DNA of 64,000 bases, from IMG/VR virus record IMGVR_UViG_3300043540_000465. One strand, 5' to 3'. Both the position numbers and the translations under genes were made by a program. Position 1 is the stretch's first letter. Each line of letters opens with the position of its first letter. The notes beneath the pieces are model-generated. The model was given only the letters and a program-made list of their open reading frames with translations. It was not told where the DNA came from and made no database searches. Shown here piece after piece: positions 30,989-40,462 of this stretch. Source of the stretch: an uncultured virus (IMG/VR IMGVR_UViG_3300043540_000465) (taxonomy: Duplodnaviria; Heunggongvirae; Uroviricota; Caudoviricetes).

Positions 30989-31402
30989 ATGAGTGGCTAC
31001 TCATTCAAACCGATGTCCTATCGCGCGCAGTGCCTCAACGTAGTCGACGGCGATACGGTCGACCTGTTCGTGGACCTGGGTTTCAGAATGTATACCAAGG
31101 CGCGCTTTCGTCTAGCCCGCATCAACACCCCAGAACTCAACAGCGCTGATCCAGCCGTGGTAGCTCGTGCGCAACAGGCCCGCGAGTTTGTCAAGCAGGC
31201 GCTTACAGTACTAGCCGTGGCTAGCTTCGACGCTAACTCATGGAATCTGCGCATCGTGCCGGAGAAGAGCGCCGACGAATATGGGCGCTGGCTGGCCGAG
31301 ATCTTCTATCTGCTCCCCGCGGTTCCCGGGGCGGTTCCCGTTGAAGTCAGCCTGAATCAGCAGCTGCTAGATCATGGCTTGGCCATCCTGTATAAGAAGT
31401 AG
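30989..31402 (+). CDS. Thermonuclease (SNase-like) family nuclease
   Basis: VVDGDTV, RLARINTPE, DEYGRWLA and LNQQLLDHGLA motifs; GGAG RBS before ATG 30989. Confidence 0.9.
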   Translation: MSGYSFKPMSYRAQCLNVVDGDTVDLFVDLGFRMYTKARFRLARINTPELNSADPAVVARAQQAREFVKQALTVLAVASFDANSWNLRIVPEKSADEYGRWLAEIFYLLPAVPGAVPVEVSLNQQLLDHGLAILYKK

Positions 31403-31498
31403 TGCCCCTCATTAGCGCACCGCCTTTCATACCACCTCGCCCACCGTTTCCCTTATCTTTTACCATAACGTAGTGCATCACCATAGGCAGGCCGATCC

Positions 31499-32941
31499 AT
31501 GTCGGACAAGTTCAACGTCGGTCTCGTGATCCGTAGTCTGGACCGCATCACCACGCAGTTGGAGCAGCTGCAAACTGCACCCGTGGTGCGTGACGCCGCT
31601 ACGCCGCCCCCGCGCGGTCCCAGTCGCGTGAGTCTCACCGATGTCGAATGGGCGATGTACCAGACGGTAGCGGACTACCGCACCGACGACTTTGCCGATG
31701 CGGGGAAAATCCTAACCTACCTCAAGGCCCGGATGGGCTACCATCGGCTAGAACCCGGGAAGCAGATCACCATCACCTTCCGCCGGAACGGCAGCGACGT
31801 GCTGCTGCAGCCGTTCGATGGACGTAAGGCCAAAGTGCTAGCAGTAGATCAGCAGGGACGGGCGTGGGTGCAGTTCGCCGACGATGCATGGAAGCACGCG
31901 GTGACCGTAGGCAAGGCCCACGGCCCGGCCGCTACCGTGGGCGTGTCCCCCTACGAAGCGTCGGTCTACGACAACGTGGACGCCAAGCGCAAGGCGCTGC
32001 GGGTAGACCCCCTGGACACCCGCGAATACCTCACCCATCTAACCAACCTGAGCTTCCACGCCCCCGCCGCCCCCAAGCTAGCCGCGATCGATCCCGCGCT
32101 GCAACCAGAGCCGGAGGCTAAGCCGAGTGCGAGTCCGGCGGCTGAGGACTCCAGCAGCGCCGACGACTCCTCTACGCCGGATGATGGGGCTGACGACGAG
32201 TCGGATGGGTACTTCTACGACCCGCTGGTCCGCGATCTACCTGATGTGTCGCGCGAGCAGTACCTCTACGTCATCAAGAACCTCAACGACTTCGGGTTAG
32301 GTGACTGGACACCTACCGAAGAGCACGTGCTGCAAGCACACACAGGAGGCTCCATGCGAACGCTAAGTGAGATCGATAAGCTACTGATGAAGCTGGCCGC
32401 GGACAAGAAGCCCAAGGCGAAGAAGCCGGATCCGCGTGATCCCAGTCCCGAGCGCGGGCCGCGGTACCTCACTGGACACGGGGCCAAGGTCTGGGAGTCG
32501 ATGTTCGAGATCCCGCACGTCAAGCAGTACATCGAGAGCGGGGACAACCCCGGGCACAAGTGGGCACGCGCGTTCTCCTCGATGATGGCGCACCACGATT
32601 ACCTCACCAAGACCACCGGCAAGTTCAAGCCGGTGATAAAGAACTGGGACGAGAAGAGGCACCGAGAGTGGGCAAACCAGACGGCGCTGCGCAAGCACAA
32701 GCACAGCAAGCGGTTGAAGGCACTGGGCGAGTACTTCCAGAGCGAGGCCAATGCTCACGCGGCGCGGGAGGAGCAGAAGCGCAACTTCGGCGGGCAGTAC
32801 CACAAGAAGCCGCATCATCCCTGTGCGCATGGCTACTCGCAGTCGCGCAAGGATCCGTCGCTGTGCGTGAAGAAGGGGCAGCGCGCCAGCTATGTCGGCA
32901 AGAAGCGCAAGGCCGCTGAGTCCGTCACCTGGGCATGGTGA
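31499..32941 (+). CDS. Hypothetical protein, possibly a fusion of two genes (internal strong RBS and ATG at 32354)
   Basis: Acidic N-half and Lys/His-rich C-half; AGGAGG-ctcc-ATG in frame at 32354. Confidence 0.65.
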   Translation: MSDKFNVGLVIRSLDRITTQLEQLQTAPVVRDAATPPPRGPSRVSLTDVEWAMYQTVADYRTDDFADAGKILTYLKARMGYHRLEPGKQITITFRRNGSDVLLQPFDGRKAKVLAVDQQGRAWVQFADDAWKHAVTVGKAHGPAATVGVSPYEASVYDNVDAKRKALRVDPLDTREYLTHLTNLSFHAPAAPKLAAIDPALQPEPEAKPSASPAAEDSSSADDSSTPDDGADDESDGYFYDPLVRDLPDVSREQYLYVIKNLNDFGLGDWTPTEEHVLQAHTGGSMRTLSEIDKLLMKLAADKKPKAKKPDPRDPSPERGPRYLTGHGAKVWESMFEIPHVKQYIESGDNPGHKWARAFSSMMAHHDYLTKTTGKFKPVIKNWDEKRHREWANQTALRKHKHSKRLKALGEYFQSEANAHAAREEQKRNFGGQYHKKPHHPCAHGYSQSRKDPSLCVKKGQRASYVGKKRKAAESVTWAW

Positions 32942-32951
32942 GGGGAATCTC

Positions 32952-33337
32952 ATGGACGCGCCCCAGCAGATCAAGTATCACGGGCAGCGCTACGTGCTCG
33001 CGGCCACCAAGCACAAGAAGTGCCCCAAGGGCCAGCACTGGGACGACTTTGACCGGAAGTGCGTAAAGCTACCGGCGAGCATCGCGCGTGCTAGTGCGCG
33101 GGCCTTCAAGCTGTCGGCCAGGGCCGACGCACTGCACGATGCGGTGCCGTCAAGCAGTAACAGGTGAATCACCACAAGCTGGTAGCTAACCGGCGCGCCG
33201 TCGAGGCACACAAACACGCCTCGGCCGCGGCGTACGATAACGGGTTCAACCACCTGGCGCACGCGCATAGCAAGAAGTGGGATGCGCACGCCGCGGTGAT
33301 CAAGTCCATGACCCACTACAACCCGGGTCGGAACTAG
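32952..33337 (+). pseudogene. Leader-bearing ORF (MDAPQQIKYHGQRYVLA) with apparent frameshift near 33160
   Basis: First frame stops at 33167; an Ala/His-rich continuation (VNHHKLVANRRAVEAHKH...) runs in another frame to TAG. Confidence 0.55.
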
Positions 33338-33346
33338 GAGCGGACC

Positions 33347-33691
33347 ATGAGTAAGCGGGCACCGAAGCAGATCAAGTACCAAGGTCAGATCTACAAGCTG
33401 GCGGACGACGACACCGTCTACTGCGAGAAGTGCGGTCGGCCGCTGCCGAAGCACGTCACCGCCAGTTATAGTTACAACGTGCCGCCGCCGAAGCACGTCA
33501 CCGCCAATCAGTACGTGCAGGCCATCATGCGGCTGCTGCACGTGAAAAATCCGAGGCAGCGCACCCAGAGGGAGGTGCTGACAGCCCTCGACAATGCCAT
33601 ACGCGACGCCAGTTTAACCTACGGGAGTCTCGAGTACGTATACGAGATCCTGGACGGCCTCGGGAAGCGTCTGGAAGAGAAAAAGGACTAG
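33347..33691 (+). CDS. Leader-bearing small protein (MSKRAPKQIKYQGQIYKLA) with CEKC and an internal 20 bp direct repeat
   Basis: AGGAG RBS; gccgaagcacgtcaccgcca at 33445 and 33487. Confidence 0.75.
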   Translation: MSKRAPKQIKYQGQIYKLADDDTVYCEKCGRPLPKHVTASYSYNVPPPKHVTANQYVQAIMRLLHVKNPRQRTQREVLTALDNAIRDASLTYGSLEYVYEILDGLGKRLEEKKD

Positions 33692-33887
33692 CATGAGCAG
33701 GGGCGCTCATCCACGTCAACAATGAGGTCGCGCACCTACTGCACACAATCGGCTACCGGTGAACTGGGTCAGCTGGCGATGGCGGTCAACAAGCATATCG
33801 GCGAGGCCATCAAGCTGCTGACCGCCTTTCAGAAGAAGCACCAGTAGTTTCACCCTGCCGCCGCGGCGGCGTTGAAGGAGACGATTC

Positions 33888-34142
33888 ATGGCGAACGGAA
33901 AGTCAGGAAACGGCATGTACAAGATCGACAGCACGAAGGCCCTGCCCACGTTCGGCAGCAAGCCGGGCGCCGGCAAGGGCAGCACCGGGCAGCGCAGCGC
34001 CAACGACATCTTCAAGGTATCGCCGGGTGCTGCGGTCCCGCCCAAGCCGAGCAAGGACATCGACCCCAACGCGCCGGGCAGCGCCAACAAGGTCTACACC
34101 AGCAAGCCCGGCATCTCCGGGCCGCTGCCGCGCAACAAGTAG
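33888..34142 (+). CDS. Small Gly/Pro/Lys-rich protein
   Basis: AAGGAG RBS; strongly GC-biased third codon positions. Confidence 0.7.
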   Translation: MANGKSGNGMYKIDSTKALPTFGSKPGAGKGSTGQRSANDIFKVSPGAAVPPKPSKDIDPNAPGSANKVYTSKPGISGPLPRNK

Positions 34143-34651
34143 TTCGCGCCCAAGGCGCGCTGGCACCTCCGCCGCGGGTCATAACGTACCGCGGGGTGGT
34201 GTATCGTCTGCACACCGGGCTATTCGGTCTGGGCACCCCCGAGGTGCAACCGGACTGGGATGCTGCGTACCGCGCTGCGGGCGAGGTGCAGGAGCAGTCG
34301 CGCAAGTTGTATCGCGCGGCGCGGGAGCTGCAACGGCAGGTGTGGGACAGCAGACAGCTAGCGTCAAGGTACTGGGCACCCGAGTACAGCAGCTGCTGAA
34401 GCAACTCGTCGACCAGCTCAAACTGGTGTTGCAGCATACACCGTCGTAGGAGCTCGATCATAAGCACCAAGGCGCCGTTGTCGCAGGAGATGAAGGACGA
34501 CAACGAGGCCGAAGGCAAGGAGAAGTAGCCATGCGCACCACGCCCCAGCAGATCAAGTGCTGAAGGCCGCGCGGGCGATTCCTGAGCACATCATCGGCGT
34601 GTGGCTGGCACACCAGCCGCCGAAGAAGCTGGTCTAGAGAAGGAGCACACC

Positions 34652-37600
34652 ATGTTGTACGCACCGGAAGACATCCTGGCAGGACCGAGCATCCGCAAGG
34701 TCTCGGACTCCGTGGATAGCTACCACCTGTTCGCCCAGGCGGGCATGCCCGTAGTGCGCACCTTCGATCTGCACTACTTCAAGACCGAGCAGGACATGAC
34801 GGGCAACCTGCGGCTGGCCGATGCGCAGGGCTTCAAGGTGCCGTACGACCGGCCGGTGGATCTGTCGCGGCTCAAGATCGCGGCCGAGACCTACAACATC
34901 AGCCCCGACTACCGGGACTACATCGCGTCCGAAGTACCCATCGTCACCGCCGACGTTCCTAATCGTAACATGGATTGTCTGGTGGGTAGTTCGCTAGTGC
35001 CAACGGATGTGGGGTTGGTGCCGTTGCGCGACATTCCGCAGTCGGGGGCCAAGTACGTGCTGACCCCTGACGGGCCGTGCAAGATCCACAACTGGAGGCG
35101 CGTCGGCTACCTACCCACCGTCAAAGTCACCCTGCGCGACGGTCGTACGTTGCAGGGCACGGCCGACCACGAAGTGCTAGCGGTGGACCGAGCCACGTTG
35201 GCAGCGGTATGGCGCCCACTGGGCGAGCTGTCACCCAGCGATTGCGTGATCTGCATGACGGGCACCAACTTTGAGGCGGCCGCTCCGCTGCCGCCCACCC
35301 CGCGGGCGGAGCAGTTCTTGGCAGTGGCGCTGGAGGCACGTGACGATCAACGTTACAGTCGAACCATCAACGAGATCACCACGCCGCCGACCATGACCGC
35401 GGAGTTGGCGCGGCTGTTGGGCTACCTGGTGGCTGAGGGTACGGTCACGCACGCCAACACCGTCACCTTCTCCAACAATGACCCCGCCCTGCTAGACGAC
35501 TTCTGTCACTGTTGGCAAGTCACGTTCGGGCTGACCATCGCGCCGACATACGAGAGCAATTCGGGTGGCTACGCTTACGGCAGTAGCGTGCTGGCGCGAC
35601 AATGGTTGGCCGCGCTGGGGCTGGGCTACCAGCGGGCCGCGAAGAAGCGCGTGCCGTGGGCCGTACTGCGGTCGAGCAAGCGTATGATGGGAGAGTTCCT
35701 GCGCGCCTACCTCGCGGGTGATGGCTGTGTCGGTCACGATACCGTGATTATGACATCGGCGTCGGCCCGGCTGTTGCGGCAACTGCAGTACTTGCTGCTG
35801 GGTTTGGGCGTACACACCACGTTTTCACGAGAGAAAGCTGCGGGTAAGCGGGTCATCCGCGGCCAGGAGTACGAGTGCCGCGCGATGTGGCGTCTGGCGG
35901 TGGGGCGTACGGCCGCCGCCAAGCTGCTAGAGCAGATCGGTGCCCTGCCCGGCGCCAAGGGTCAGCTAACTGTGAGTGGTGCCACGAACGTAGACCGTCA
36001 CGAAGTGGTGCCGTTTGCTAAGGAGGCCCTGCAGCAGTTGGTGGCCGATCGACGCGCAGAACGCGATGGCCCACGTGGCCCCTACCAGTACCGCACTGAT
36101 AAGGGAAAAATGGTCGCGGCCTATCTCTCCCCCGGCGCTATGGGCGACCATGTGCACAAGAGTGACCTGCTGCCGGAGCTGCTGGATAGTATCACTAAGA
36201 TCGATACTGAGCTAGGACATAATCTAGCGTTTCTGTGTCGTGACGACGTGTTTGCCGGTGAGGTGGTGGCCGTTGACCGCGCCGGTGACGAGTGGGTGTA
36301 CGACATCGGTGTGGAGCAGGCACATCGTTTCATCGCCAATGGCGTGGTAGTCCACAACTGTTTCTCGTTCTCCGAACTTTCCTTCTACAACCCACTGTAC
36401 GGCTGCTGCTCATACCAGACGTTCGTGGGCAAGGGCGTGCACCTGCAGCACGACAACCAGGATCCGAAGAAGGCCAAGGGCATCATCCTCGATGCCGCCA
36501 TGCGCAAGGTGGGGCACAACTGGCACGTGATGATCCTGCTAGCGTGCGACCGCACCAAGGATCGCCAGCTGGTCGAGGAGATCGTCCGCTCGCCGATCAA
36601 CGGGTGGTGCTTGACCGCGGGTACGCTGGTGTCTACCTCGAAGGGGCTAGTGCCCATCGAAAGCCTAGGGCACGGGCGTAAGCTGCGGCACGCGATGCCG
36701 GTGGAGGGGGTTACTGTTGACACCCCCAACGGTCCGGGTCGGGTAACGCACTGGTACTACTCCGGCCGCAAGTCCGTGATCGAGCTGCAAACCAAGCCCG
36801 GATTTGCGGTCCGCGGCTCGACCAACCAGATGGCGTTGATACTTCGACCCAACTTGACAACCGAATGGGTCGAGTTCAAAGACGTCACGCCCGGCATGTA
36901 TATGGCCTTAGCGTCAGAACCGGCCCACGCCTGGCCAGAGAAGCTGTCGCTGCCGTCCGTAGAAGTCAAAGAAGACACGGTAGAATACCGGGAGCCGATT
37001 CGGTGTCGACTGTGCCACACTGACTGTCTGAGTCTCAGCTCGCATGTACGCTACACGCACTTGACTTCAGTGGACGACTACCGCCGCCGGTTCCGTTACG
37101 ACGGACCGATGGCCGCCTACACGATCCGCAACTCTCGGCCTAAGCCAGTGACTCTACCGACGGAGATGACGCCCGCCCTAGCTACGGTGCTGGGTTACTT
37201 GGCCGCTGAGGGCGGAGTCTACCGGATCAAGGGCTACCGCATGACGAGCTTGAGCAACACGGATGAGGCCATCGTCAGCGACTACAGTGACGCCTTTGAG
37301 CAGTGTTTTGGCAGTGCGCCCATCGTTAATTGGACGGCTCGTGGCGCGGGTGACCACATCAATGGCGTTCGCGTTAAGAGCCGCAAGCCTCTGGCTAACG
37401 TCTACTTCCACAGCGAGACGGTGGCCGAGTTCCTGACTCAGATCGCAGGAGAGTGCGTGACCCACGACTCTCACCACAAAGAGGTGCCGTGGGCCATTTT
37501 GCAGGCGCCCCGTGCTAGTGCCGCGGCCTTCTTGCGTGCGCTGTATCTAGGAGACGGTAGCGGGCGGTTCCGTTCCGGCAGTCTGGTTCGCAGCATCACG

Positions 37601-39694
37601 CTACATTCGTCCTCGCTGAGTATGCGGCAGCAGGTGCAGTTGCTGTTACTGCGCTTTGGGATCCGTAGTCGCATCACCGACTACGATGAGCGTTATCCCG
37701 ATCTGGTGGTTTCTGACACCCGCAGCATGGTACGCTTCATGCGTGAGATCATGGGCGAGGCGGGCTTCGAGCTGGACTACGAGGAGAGGGTTGACCGACT
37801 TCCCTACTTCCGGAGCAACGTTCTTGGAGTAACTGAAGACCTCTTGCCCCCGTGTGGTGGCCAGCCGTCAGCCTCCTGGCTGCGGAGTGGCGCTGGCAAG
37901 GAACTGCTCGCTACCCTAGAGGACAAACAACAGCGAGATCTGCGACGACTGCTGGCGCTCAAGTGTGAGTGGGTCGAGGTCACGGCCGTAGACGAGTGCG
38001 GGGAAGAGGAGACTTTTGACCTGACAGTTGCGGGGGCCGAGGGGCCGCTCAGTGATCCCTCCTGTTTCCCGGCCAACGGACTCTATTGTCACAACAGCAT
38101 GGGCGCGCTGGTCTCGTACACCACCTGTCTGACTGGTAGCACGCTAGTAGCTACCACCCGGGGTTTGATTCGACTCGACCAGCTGGATCAGTATGCTGGT
38201 AGAGTACGGGTGCCTACCAGCTACGGCAGCACCCGCCTGCTGGCGTGGAAGTACCAGGGCGTCAAGGACGTGCATCAGGTCACTACGTCGATGGGTTACC
38301 GTCTCAACGGCACGGGCGATCATCGCGTGCGGGTGGTCAATCCTGATCTGACGCTGGGCTTCAAGCAGATCGGTGACCTCCAGTCGGGCGATTGGTTGGT
38401 GCTGCGTAAGGGCGGTACGCCGGAACACCGGCACGTTAGCTTGAAGCGGGCGGCGCGGAAGGTGACCGCCACGCTGACTGGCCGCGAGCGCGGTAGCGAA
38501 CGACAAGACCTACGCTTGCCGGAGCACATGACACCGGAGTTGGCGGCCATCCTCGGCTACCTGGGCGCGAAAGGTCACCTGCGACGCGAGTTGCTGGTGT
38601 TCACCAACACGGACGGCGATTACAACCGCGAGTTCGTCGCCCACTGCGAGTCGGTGTTCGGCCTCACGCCCCGCGCTTACAGCGCCGACAAGCTCCAGAT
38701 CAGTCGCACCGCGCTGATGCAGTTCCTCCGCGCCATCGGCCTCGCACGGGTCAAGTCGATGCACAAGCGGGTGCCGTGGTCGGTACTGCGTGCTGACCGG
38801 GCCTGTCAGCTGGCCTACCTACGTGCGTACATCAATGGTGACGGTCATCTGCCGCAGCACGCACGTACCGTGAGCATCTCCTCCAAGTCAGAGGGGATGA
38901 TCCGTGATCTCCAGACGATGATGCTAGCGTTGGGCTACGTCAGCTATGTACGCCAGCAAGGCGAGACGCACGGGGCGGTGCCGACTCCCATGTGGCACGT
39001 CTACGTGTACGGTCGGGACGCCGTGGAGTTGGCGGCGGAACTCAACTACCAAGCCACCGACATCTGGGCGGAGCAGTTCGAGCAGGACATCACGCCCAAG
39101 TTGGAGGTGGTGCCCTACTCAGCACAGATCGTCGACCAGCTACGGCAAGACAAGCTGGTGGCCGGTAACTGTTCGTACGCCTGCGCTGATGGTAGTGTGC
39201 AGCGCCTCTGCTTCCAACCCACTACGACGGGCGGCAACCGCTATAAGGGCTCGCGGCGCGGTAACGACTGGACTCGGCGCAACCTCCAGCAGATCCTGCC
39301 GTCGGTTGCTGCTTGCGATCCCGAAGTAGCCGAGCGGTTGCGCGGGTTGCTCGACCGTCGGTTGGTTTTCGACCGGGTGGACACACGGTTGATCACCGGG
39401 CAGGAGAAGGTCTACGACGTAATGGTAGCGGAGAATGGCCACGAGCCAGAGTTCACGGCCGCCGGCTTCGTGGTGCACAACTGCTCCGTGTGCGGCTTCC
39501 GCTCCAACGGTAAGGTGTTCTGTGAACCACACATCGGCCGCAACGGGTCGAAGAAGGGCCGCATCTTCGACGGCCGCATCGCCTACGAGCGCTGCCATCT
39601 CGTCAACTTTATCGAGACCAGCAAGGTCAAGAACCCCGCTGACATCAACGCATATAGTGAGGAAAAGCTTTTCTTGGCGTATTTTACGGGATAG
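34652..39694 (+). CDS. Prohead maturation protease with 3 inteins (about 271 aa after splicing)
   Basis: Spliced extein reads VPNRNMD|CF...LQHD...GIILDA...GW|SMGALVSYTT|CSVCG...VNFIETSKVKNPAD, with His and SMG Ser as in HK97/assemblin-like proteases. AAGGAG RBS before ATG 34652; lies between portal and capsid. Confidence 0.8.
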   Translation: MLYAPEDILAGPSIRKVSDSVDSYHLFAQAGMPVVRTFDLHYFKTEQDMTGNLRLADAQGFKVPYDRPVDLSRLKIAAETYNISPDYRDYIASEVPIVTADVPNRNMDCLVGSSLVPTDVGLVPLRDIPQSGAKYVLTPDGPCKIHNWRRVGYLPTVKVTLRDGRTLQGTADHEVLAVDRATLAAVWRPLGELSPSDCVICMTGTNFEAAAPLPPTPRAEQFLAVALEARDDQRYSRTINEITTPPTMTAELARLLGYLVAEGTVTHANTVTFSNNDPALLDDFCHCWQVTFGLTIAPTYESNSGGYAYGSSVLARQWLAALGLGYQRAAKKRVPWAVLRSSKRMMGEFLRAYLAGDGCVGHDTVIMTSASARLLRQLQYLLLGLGVHTTFSREKAAGKRVIRGQEYECRAMWRLAVGRTAAAKLLEQIGALPGAKGQLTVSGATNVDRHEVVPFAKEALQQLVADRRAERDGPRGPYQYRTDKGKMVAAYLSPGAMGDHVHKSDLLPELLDSITKIDTELGHNLAFLCRDDVFAGEVVAVDRAGDEWVYDIGVEQAHRFIANGVVVHNCFSFSELSFYNPLYGCCSYQTFVGKGVHLQHDNQDPKKAKGIILDAAMRKVGHNWHVMILLACDRTKDRQLVEEIVRSPINGWCLTAGTLVSTSKGLVPIESLGHGRKLRHAMPVEGVTVDTPNGPGRVTHWYYSGRKSVIELQTKPGFAVRGSTNQMALILRPNLTTEWVEFKDVTPGMYMALASEPAHAWPEKLSLPSVEVKEDTVEYREPIRCRLCHTDCLSLSSHVRYTHLTSVDDYRRRFRYDGPMAAYTIRNSRPKPVTLPTEMTPALATVLGYLAAEGGVYRIKGYRMTSLSNTDEAIVSDYSDAFEQCFGSAPIVNWTARGAGDHINGVRVKSRKPLANVYFHSETVAEFLTQIAGECVTHDSHHKEVPWAILQAPRASAAAFLRALYLGDGSGRFRSGSLVRSITLHSSSLSMRQQVQLLLLRFGIRSRITDYDERYPDLVVSDTRSMVRFMREIMGEAGFELDYEERVDRLPYFRSNVLGVTEDLLPPCGGQPSASWLRSGAGKELLATLEDKQQRDLRRLLALKCEWVEVTAVDECGEEETFDLTVAGAEGPLSDPSCFPANGLYCHNSMGALVSYTTCLTGSTLVATTRGLIRLDQLDQYAGRVRVPTSYGSTRLLAWKYQGVKDVHQVTTSMGYRLNGTGDHRVRVVNPDLTLGFKQIGDLQSGDWLVLRKGGTPEHRHVSLKRAARKVTATLTGRERGSERQDLRLPEHMTPELAAILGYLGAKGHLRRELLVFTNTDGDYNREFVAHCESVFGLTPRAYSADKLQISRTALMQFLRAIGLARVKSMHKRVPWSVLRADRACQLAYLRAYINGDGHLPQHARTVSISSKSEGMIRDLQTMMLALGYVSYVRQQGETHGAVPTPMWHVYVYGRDAVELAAELNYQATDIWAEQFEQDITPKLEVVPYSAQIVDQLRQDKLVAGNCSYACADGSVQRLCFQPTTTGGNRYKGSRRGNDWTRRNLQQILPSVAACDPEVAERLRGLLDRRLVFDRVDTRLITGQEKVYDVMVAENGHEPEFTAAGFVVHNCSVCGFRSNGKVFCEPHIGRNGSKKGRIFDGRIAYERCHLVNFIETSKVKNPADINAYSEEKLFLAYFTG
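34976..36358 (+). mobile_element. Intein Prot-1 (461 aa, LAGLIDADG)
   Basis: CLVGSSLV...GTADH...LGYLVAEG...YLAGDG...ANGVVVHN, +1 Cys. Confidence 0.92.
36608..38095 (+). mobile_element. Intein Prot-2 (496 aa, LAGLIDADG plus C2H2 zinc-finger insert)
   Basis: CLTAGTLV...CRLC..SHVRYTH...LGYLAAEG...LYLGDG...ANGLYCHN, +1 Ser of SMG. Confidence 0.9.
38126..39481 (+). mobile_element. Intein Prot-3 (452 aa)
   Basis: CLTGSTLV...GTGDH...LGYLGAKG...YINGDG...AAGFVVHN, +1 Cys of CSVC. Confidence 0.92.
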
Positions 39695-39824
39695 CCAGTT
39701 CTGCGTATCTTTCCGGAGACCAGGCCACTCAGGAGCAGATCATGCGGCAGGCGGAGTTCGAGCAGCAACGACAGCGCTGCGTGCAGCACTTCTTCCACTT
39801 CGTTGCACCTAAGAGCTTCTGACC

Positions 39825-40135
39825 ATGAGCACACCACAGCAGATCAAGTATCGTGGTCGCATCTACAAGCGTGCCGAAGGCGACGACTGGCCACCCCCGT
39901 GGAAGCGGATTGCCGCCAACTCGTGGGAGTACGATGGCCGCCGCGCGCGCGCGTCATCGCACGGCAGGTCAAACCGGGGTACTACGACTTGACCGCTACC
40001 GCCGGCGGCGTCACCTTCTACAACGCCCGCAAGTTGTTTGCCCCCAAACCCGATACCGTATGGCATCTGCAGCGCCTGGGCGAACTCCTCGGCACGAACG
40101 GACCGTGGCTAGGGAAATGGCATGTAGATATATGA
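39825..40135 (+). pseudogene. Leader-bearing ORF (MSTPQQIKYRGRIYKRA), frameshifted near 39945
   Basis: First frame stops at 39992; the protein-like tail RVIARQVKPGYYDL... is in another frame. Confidence 0.6.
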
Positions 40136-40182
40136 CCGCACCGATACAGATCAAGTACCGCGGTAAGCTGTAACGCCGCGCG
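40132..40182 (+). pseudogene. Leader remnant MTAPIQIKYRGKL*RRA, with TAA where the conserved Tyr codon is expected
   Basis: Direct reading of 40132-40182. Confidence 0.6.
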
Positions 40183-40462
40183 TACACACCGCCCACGCAA
40201 CCTACCGCTGGGCCGGTATCCACTGCGCACCGTAGTACCCGCCCTCGCTACCTGCCTCATCTTACCAGGTCGTGGAAAACTCCAACACTCTCGTCTATCG
40301 GCAACAAGCGTACCTGCCACAACAACTAGCTAATGCCACCCAAAAGTTGCTTATACTTGATGGTGATGTGTTACCGCCGACATTAATGACTCTGCACGGG
40401 GCTGTAGCCCAGCAACCGGCTGTGTTACCGTAGTACGTTAACGACCGGAGAAGGAGACTTAC

